DNA of 64,000 nucleotides from a virus (taxonomy: Duplodnaviria > Caudoviricetes). Below the pieces are notes generated by a model. That model was not told the origin of the DNA. It did no database searches and worked only from the letters and a program-made list of their open reading frames with translations. Position numbers and translations under genes: made by a program. This document shows, piece by piece, positions 63,631 to 64,000 of the stretch. The number at the start of each line of letters is the position of its first letter. The stretch's first letter is position 1. The stretch lies in IMG/VR virus record IMGVR_UViG_3300028581_000010. One strand, given 5' to 3'.

Positions 63631-63805
63631 ATGCTAAAGAAAGTAGCCCAGGACCAACGGGCACTTGCTGCACGCCCTTGGTATCGCCGTAGAGATCAAA
63701 CTTGACACCCTCATACCCCGCCTCCACTTTTTTGGTGCAGCTGGAGCATAAGAGCGTGGTGAATAACACTCCCATAAGGAGTCCGATATTGTTGTAGGTT
63801 TTCAT
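63614..63805 (-). pseudogene. Truncated SPFH/band-7 family gene (N-terminus only)
   Basis: TM helix plus CTKKVEAGYEGVKFDLYGDTKGVQ, the typical SPFH opening, then abrupt termination after about 53 aa. Confidence 0.7.
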
Positions 63806-64000
63806 GTAGGTTTTGTGTTTGTTGTTAACTGTAGCGTCCGCTATTAACGGAGTTGCCACCATTGAACGCGCTGGCCAGCATTCGAGACTGCTCGAGTGCA
63901 AAGTGCTCAGGGCGATGGAACAGGGTGAAGTCATGCCTCGTTTGGTGTATTACTACACCTGAAGCATGATGGTTGGATTGTGCTAGTACGGCAGAGCTAG

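Noticed and set aside
1-64000. CRISPR array or mini-array
   Set aside because: No regularly spaced 25-45 bp repeats with unique spacers were seen; recurrent motifs are terminators, promoters or coding repeats
1-64000. Stop-codon reassignment
   Set aside because: Conserved genes are intact in code 11; apparent breaks are explained by introns or single frameshifts, and all three stop codons terminate genes

Overview
This window looks like part of a large tailed bacteriophage genome, probably a jumbo phage, read in the standard genetic code with sigma70-like promoters. It encodes an intein-containing fragment of a split RNA polymerase beta subunit, an intein-containing class II ribonucleotide reductase, dCMP deaminase, amidase, PhoH, an ATP-dependent DNA ligase, two AAA ATPases, a Prs+Nampt-like pair (NARP1-type NAD+ reconstitution), a Thg1-like enzyme, tRNA-Arg(UCU), a sulfotransferase, an LRR/Cys-repeat fibre protein and many small accessory genes. 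Mobile elements are dense: 2 inteins, 2 group I introns not shown by the ORF track (in an AAA ATPase and in Nampt; I mapped the junctions by hand), and several free-standing, partly decayed homing endonucleases. Two observations stand out. First, several 880-930 aa modular proteins carry glycosyltransferase, ATP-grasp, M14 peptidase and other hydrolase domains separated by a recurring K-x-A/S motif, suggesting processed polyproteins. Second, a homing endonuclease remnant carries a synonymously recoded duplicate of the RNA polymerase gene's last 10 codons. All family assignments come from motif recognition by eye; no database search was run.
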